64,000 nt of DNA from an uncultured virus (IMG/VR IMGVR_UViG_3300030060_006061) (lineage: Duplodnaviria; Heunggongvirae; Uroviricota; Caudoviricetes). Both the position numbers and the translations under genes were made by a program. Positions within the stretch are counted from its first letter, which is position 1; the number at the start of each line of letters is the position of its first letter. Positions 59,161-64,000 of this stretch are shown here, one piece after another. The stretch covers positions 1-64,000 of the IMG/VR virus record IMGVR_UViG_3300030060_006061; one strand, written 5' to 3'. The notes under the pieces were generated by a model. That model was not told the origin of the DNA. It saw only the letters and a program-made list of their open reading frames with translations, and ran no database searches.

Positions 59161-60893
59161 TGGGAATATTAAGAACTGATCGAGTATCTGGTTTAGGTGG
59201 TGCAAATGCCATCAAGGGATCTGTATTTTTTGGTAATTGTCTGAGTGCCGGAAGTGTCCTTGGATTTAATTATTTAAGAACTGAGAGTAGTGATAATTTT
59301 ACATTCGGCACAGGAGACATAACGATTGAGGGTTGGTTTTTCTTCCCAAGATTATCAAGTAGCACTGGTTATCAAACTTTAGTTGGTGATACAATATACT
59401 CCAACACTGGTGGATTTACTTTTTATGTTCAGAACGGACAACTTAATTTTTGGAAAGGCACTAACGCAAGTAGTGTTGTTTCTGGTGGAACAATTGTGCA
59501 AAATGAGTGGACTCATCTTGCTTATACAAGAGAAAGTGGATCTAATAAAATTTTTGTTAATGGATCTTTAGTTGGAACAGCGAGTGATTCGACAGATTAT
59601 ACAGATACTACACTAACAATTGGAACTAACAAAGTAACCCAACAATCAGGCACTGATGCTGGTCTATATTCTTTTTCCGGATTTGCTTCTAATTTGAGGA
59701 TTTTAAAAGGAAGAGCACTATACACCGCAGCATTTACCCCACCGGTTGGAGAACTTCAAGTTATTGATAATACAGTTTTATTATGTTGTCAATCACCCGG
59801 AAATGTTTTACAAGAAGCCACTGGTGTTGTCTTAACCGCACCAAGGATTAACAATAGTGCTGGAGTTCAAGCATCACACTTCACACCAAACTCACCCGTT
59901 GGTTTCTCTACAACCACTGATGTTGGAACACAGTTTGGAACAACCTTTAATGGTGTGACAACCTTTGACTCACAAGCATATATGGTTCCACCCGGTGGAA
60001 ATACAAGAGAAAGAAACCGAGGTCGTGGTGTTCTTAGTGGTGGAAGAAGTAACCATGCCATGCAATTCATTAACATTCAATCTCAAGGAAATTCACAAAT
60101 TTTTGGTGACAGCGTAACTGACGATGGAATAGAGGGATTTGCAGTTGGATCTTCAACAAGAGGTTTGTTTTCGGGTGGTTATCCTAGCGTAGGAAATGTA
60201 ATTGAATTCATAACCTTTGCAACTACATCGAATGGTACAGATTTTGGTGACATGACCACAGGTAGAAGAAGTGGTGCGGGAGCAGGAAATGAAACAAGAG
60301 GTTTATTTGCTGGAGGATTAAATTCAAGTGGTACCTCATTAAATACCATAGAATTTTCGACCATCGCAACATTAGGAAATTCAACTGATTTTGGTGATAT
60401 GACACAGGCGAGAGATCAACTTGCCGGAGTTTCAGATACAACAAGAGCTGTTTTTGCTGGTGGAGTTGAACAAGGTGGTAGTCAACATAATATTATGGAC
60501 TTCGTTACAATCGCAACAACAGGAAACGCACAAGATTTTGGTGATATGACCGGAGTAAACACTGGTAGTGCCGGATCATCAGATTCAACAAGGGGTGTAA
60601 TAACGGTTGGATATACAGCCCCGAATATGCTTGACCGAATTGATTTTATAACAATACAGTCAGCAGGTAATGCAACTGATTTTGGTGATTTAACATTGGC
60701 AAGATATTTAAGTGCAAGTATGTCAAATTCAATCCGTGCAGTTATTGCTGGAGGTGGATCACCCTCTTCTCAAAATACAATTGATTTTGTGACGATAAAA
60801 ACAACAGGAAATGCAAATGATTTTGGTGATCTTATCGGAGGTGCTAATTTTGTTGTTGTTGGAACATCAGACAGTCATGGTGGTCTTTCATAA
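59160..60893 (+). CDS. Propeller paralog 6 with LamG-like domain (type B)
   Basis: GTGDITIEGW, WTHLAYTR, SNLRI, TVLLCCQ; six repeats. Confidence 0.8.
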   Translation: MGILRTDRVSGLGGANAIKGSVFFGNCLSAGSVLGFNYLRTESSDNFTFGTGDITIEGWFFFPRLSSSTGYQTLVGDTIYSNTGGFTFYVQNGQLNFWKGTNASSVVSGGTIVQNEWTHLAYTRESGSNKIFVNGSLVGTASDSTDYTDTTLTIGTNKVTQQSGTDAGLYSFSGFASNLRILKGRALYTAAFTPPVGELQVIDNTVLLCCQSPGNVLQEATGVVLTAPRINNSAGVQASHFTPNSPVGFSTTTDVGTQFGTTFNGVTTFDSQAYMVPPGGNTRERNRGRGVLSGGRSNHAMQFINIQSQGNSQIFGDSVTDDGIEGFAVGSSTRGLFSGGYPSVGNVIEFITFATTSNGTDFGDMTTGRRSGAGAGNETRGLFAGGLNSSGTSLNTIEFSTIATLGNSTDFGDMTQARDQLAGVSDTTRAVFAGGVEQGGSQHNIMDFVTIATTGNAQDFGDMTGVNTGSAGSSDSTRGVITVGYTAPNMLDRIDFITIQSAGNATDFGDLTLARYLSASMSNSIRAVIAGGGSPSSQNTIDFVTIKTTGNANDFGDLIGGANFVVVGTSDSHGGLS

Positions 60894-60914
60894 ATATGTT
60901 AGGAGTATAATTAT

Positions 60915-61925
60915 ATGTCAAATCAACCACCGATAGAAGTACCACAAGGTGCAATCAGACTGAATACAGATTCTCAAAAGTTAGAGTTCTTTGCACAGGA
61001 TCGGTGGTATGAGATGGCGACTGATACACAGGTGCTTGATGGTGGAGTTGGTCGTGGTATAGCAGCTGGTGGAAATACTCCAGGCCAAACAAACGTTATA
61101 GAATTTATCACAATACCAACAGCAGGTAATTCAACTGATTTTGGAGATTTAACCGCACCAAGACAAGCAGTTCCGGGTGCAACTGGTAGTTCAACTCGTG
61201 GTATAATTGGTGGTGGTCAAGAGTTTCCAGCATCAGTTAATAAAATTGATTTTATAACATTCTCATCAACAAGTAATGCACAAGACTTTGGTGATTTAAC
61301 AGTTGCAAGACGACAACCAGCAACTACTGGTAATCAAACTCGTGGAGTTTTTAGTGGTGGTGAAGCACCAAATGCTGTAAATACGATAGATTTTGTAACA
61401 ATCGCAGCAACTGGAAATGCAGTTGATTATGGTGATTTAACTGTTGCGAGAAGAATAGCTGGAGCTGCAGCCTCACCAACTCGTGCATTGATTATGGGTG
61501 GATATGCTGCTCCTGCGAGTCTCAATTCAATTGAGTTTCTTACAATTTCAACAACTGGAAATTCACAAGACTTTGGAGATTTAACTGTTGCTAGGTATAA
61601 TAATGGAGGAACTTCGAGTAGCACTCGTGCAGTTATGATGGGTGGTTATGCAACATCACCGGGTGCAGCAGTTAAGACTATTGATTTTGTTACCATTGCA
61701 ACGATAGGAAATGCAATGAACTTTGGAGATCTTACAGAGACAATTTATCATTCACAAACCGTATCAAATTCAATTCGTGCTGTTAGAATGGGTGGCGTTA
61801 CTCCTTTGGATGATTCAATGGATTATATACAAATAGCAACTGAGGGAAATGCAGTTTTCTTTGGTGATTTACTCTCAACTCATAAAGAGGGTGCAGGTTG
61901 TTCAAATGCACATGGAGGTTTATAA
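60915..61925 (+). CDS. Propeller paralog 7 (type A, short)
   Basis: PQGAIRLNTDSQKLEFF then six repeats. Confidence 0.8.
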   Translation: MSNQPPIEVPQGAIRLNTDSQKLEFFAQDRWYEMATDTQVLDGGVGRGIAAGGNTPGQTNVIEFITIPTAGNSTDFGDLTAPRQAVPGATGSSTRGIIGGGQEFPASVNKIDFITFSSTSNAQDFGDLTVARRQPATTGNQTRGVFSGGEAPNAVNTIDFVTIAATGNAVDYGDLTVARRIAGAAASPTRALIMGGYAAPASLNSIEFLTISTTGNSQDFGDLTVARYNNGGTSSSTRAVMMGGYATSPGAAVKTIDFVTIATIGNAMNFGDLTETIYHSQTVSNSIRAVRMGGVTPLDDSMDYIQIATEGNAVFFGDLLSTHKEGAGCSNAHGGL

Positions 61926-62962
61926 TGGCAATACTTAAAGTCGATACAATCTCTGGAATTGGCACTGAAGGGCCAGTATTTGAAGGAGACATAGAATTTA
62001 CAAGTCAAAACTTTTTAACACTTCCAAAGGGTGATACAACACAAAGAGGAAGAGGTCGTGCTGTGTTATTTGGTGGTAGTATAACTCCTGTTAGTCCTAA
62101 TTTTTCATCCAATATCGATTACGTAGAGATGAGATCGTCGGGAGTTGGAGTGAGATTTGGCAATTTGAGTGCTGGTAATTCTTTTATGGGTTCATTTTCA
62201 TCATCAACTCGTGGAATAAGTTTTGGTGGTCAACCCTCATCCCCTAATGGTCAAACAGATACTATAGAGTTTGTTACAATATCAACAGAAAGTAATGCAA
62301 CAGATTTTGGTAATTTAGATAGAGGTAGAAGACAATTACAGGGTATGGGTCACTCTAACCAAACAAGAGGAATACTTGCTGGTGGTGGAGGAGATGCACC
62401 ATTAGCACCAGATAATGTCATTCAGTTTGTTACAATCGCAACCACAGGTAATGCATCAGACTTTGGTGATGTTTCTACATCAATCAGTAGAGCATCGGCA
62501 ACAGGATCTTCAACAAGAATGTTAATAGCTGGTGGATCAACACCAACAGCTATAAATACCATACAATTTGTCACCATAGCAACCACTGGTAATCCTACAG
62601 ACTTTGGTGATTTATCTGCAGTAAGAATGGGAATGGGAAGAGCTTCAAACGGTGTTCGTGGTGTTTTTGCTGGTGGATACACTCCATCCTTAGTTAACAT
62701 CATTGAATTTGTCAATATAGCGACCACTGGTAACACCACAGACTTTGGTGATTTTTCAACTGCTAAAAGTAACATGGGGAGTGCTAATAATTCAATCATT
62801 GGAATTTTTCAAGGTGGTGGAACTCCTTCAAGAACCACAACAATACAATCCATAACAATAGCGACCACTGGTGATGCTGTTGAATATGGTGATTGTAATA
62901 TTACTGATCCTTTATTTGGAAGAGAGGGTTGTTCTGACAGTCACGGAGGTTTAACAGAATGA
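61925..62962 (+). CDS. Propeller paralog 8 (type B, no LamG)
   Basis: MAILKVDTISG...LPKGDTTQR then six repeats; TAATG coupling. Confidence 0.8.
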   Translation: MAILKVDTISGIGTEGPVFEGDIEFTSQNFLTLPKGDTTQRGRGRAVLFGGSITPVSPNFSSNIDYVEMRSSGVGVRFGNLSAGNSFMGSFSSSTRGISFGGQPSSPNGQTDTIEFVTISTESNATDFGNLDRGRRQLQGMGHSNQTRGILAGGGGDAPLAPDNVIQFVTIATTGNASDFGDVSTSISRASATGSSTRMLIAGGSTPTAINTIQFVTIATTGNPTDFGDLSAVRMGMGRASNGVRGVFAGGYTPSLVNIIEFVNIATTGNTTDFGDFSTAKSNMGSANNSIIGIFQGGGTPSRTTTIQSITIATTGDAVEYGDCNITDPLFGREGCSDSHGGLTE

Positions 62963-63990
62963 GTATCAATCCAGTCGAAATTCCAACAGGAGCAGTCAGA
63001 TATAATACTGACAGTAATAAGATGGAGGTATATATTGGTGACACATGGATGGAAGTCGCTGTAAGTTCACCAAATCTTGATGGTGGTGCTCGTGGAATCG
63101 TTATGGGTGGAAATCCGGGTGTAAATACTATTGATTTCTTTACAATTTCAACTGCAGGAAATGCATCAGATTTTGGTGATTTACTTACCACATCATATTT
63201 AGGTGCATCAGGAGGAAGTCGCACTCGTGGAATATGTGTTATAGGAACACCAAGTCATAGTGATAAATTGGAATTTATTACAATCTCATCCACAGGAAAT
63301 GCACAAGATTTTGGTGATCAATCTCATAGTAATCATAAAAGAAACATATCTAATGGTGGAAGTGAAACAAGGATGATAATCGCTGGAGGGATATATGGAA
63401 ATAACCCATATACTTATTATAATTCAATGGAATTTGTCACTATTGCATCAACAGGAAATACAGTAGATTTTGGTGACATGACCGCGGCAAGAACTCAACC
63501 CTTTACTGCATCCAGCCCAACAAGATTTCTTACTCTTGGTGGTTATCAATCATCTTCACCAAATGCAAGTGATGTTATTGAATTTGTGACGACTGCATCC
63601 ACGGGTAATTCTCAAGACTTTGGTGATTTAATGGAAGGTAATAGTGGAACTCCTGCGAGTTGCTCTAATTCAACAAGGGCAATAACATTTGGTGGTAGAA
63701 TTGACGGAACATCAACAACAATAAGTAAAATTCAAACTGTACAAATAGCGACTGGGGGAAATGCAAGAAAATTTGGAGATTTGACTGAATCTGTAAGATT
63801 TGCTTCGGGTACATCTAGTAAAACAAGAGGAGTTAGAATCGCTGGTTATAAAGTTCCAGCTAACGCTGATGTGGATACAATGGATTACATCAATATATCC
63901 ACAGAGGGGGATGCAGTTGATTTTGGAAACCTAACAAGATCAACTCGTTCAAGTGGAACTGCAACCTCAAGTGATCATGGTGGGTTGTAA
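62959..63990 (+). CDS. Propeller paralog 9 (type A, short)
   Basis: PTGAVRYNTDSNKMEVYIG then six repeats, ends SSDHGGL. Confidence 0.8.
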   Translation: MSINPVEIPTGAVRYNTDSNKMEVYIGDTWMEVAVSSPNLDGGARGIVMGGNPGVNTIDFFTISTAGNASDFGDLLTTSYLGASGGSRTRGICVIGTPSHSDKLEFITISSTGNAQDFGDQSHSNHKRNISNGGSETRMIIAGGIYGNNPYTYYNSMEFVTIASTGNTVDFGDMTAARTQPFTASSPTRFLTLGGYQSSSPNASDVIEFVTTASTGNSQDFGDLMEGNSGTPASCSNSTRAITFGGRIDGTSTTISKIQTVQIATGGNARKFGDLTESVRFASGTSSKTRGVRIAGYKVPANADVDTMDYINISTEGDAVDFGNLTRSTRSSGTATSSDHGGL

Positions 63991-64000
63991 AAATACATAG

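Noticed and set aside
40455..63224. Numerous short antisense and alternate-frame ORFs
   Set aside because: Shadow ORFs of long coding genes with no recognisable motifs
52265..63990. Recurring GATTTTGGTGAT every 130-150 nt as a CRISPR array
   Set aside because: The repeats are degenerate, in frame, and encode DFGD inside long ORFs; no cas genes are present
52265..63990. Diversity-generating retroelement driving the paralog array
   Set aside because: No reverse transcriptase and no near-identical TR/VR pair differing only at adenines seen in this window

Overview
A 64-kb segment of a T4-like cyanomyovirus, probably infecting Prochlorococcus (judged from the psbA and hli sequences). In order it holds: (1) a surface-glycan island (glycosyltransferases, ugd) with nadE; (2) a photosynthesis and auxiliary-gene region with five hli genes, a NifU/Nfu domain, ndhP-ndhI, psbA, psbD, talC and many membrane microproteins; (3) a tandem glutamine-riboswitch-like leader ahead of a DUF4278-type peptide; (4) the core thyX-phoH-exonuclease-gp33-gp59-gp32 block; (5) baseplate and tail genes with cp12 embedded; (6) large tail-fibre genes. 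The most unusual items are in the last 19 kb. A Hint domain without a terminal Asn splits a glycine-rich tail-fibre domain across two coupled ORFs. An array of at least nine paralogous six-repeat Kelch-like genes follows, and six of them form three pairs that each carry complementary halves of a fibre junction motif. CCWGG and GGWCC sites also look depleted. All calls come from reading the sequence and recalling families; no searches were run.
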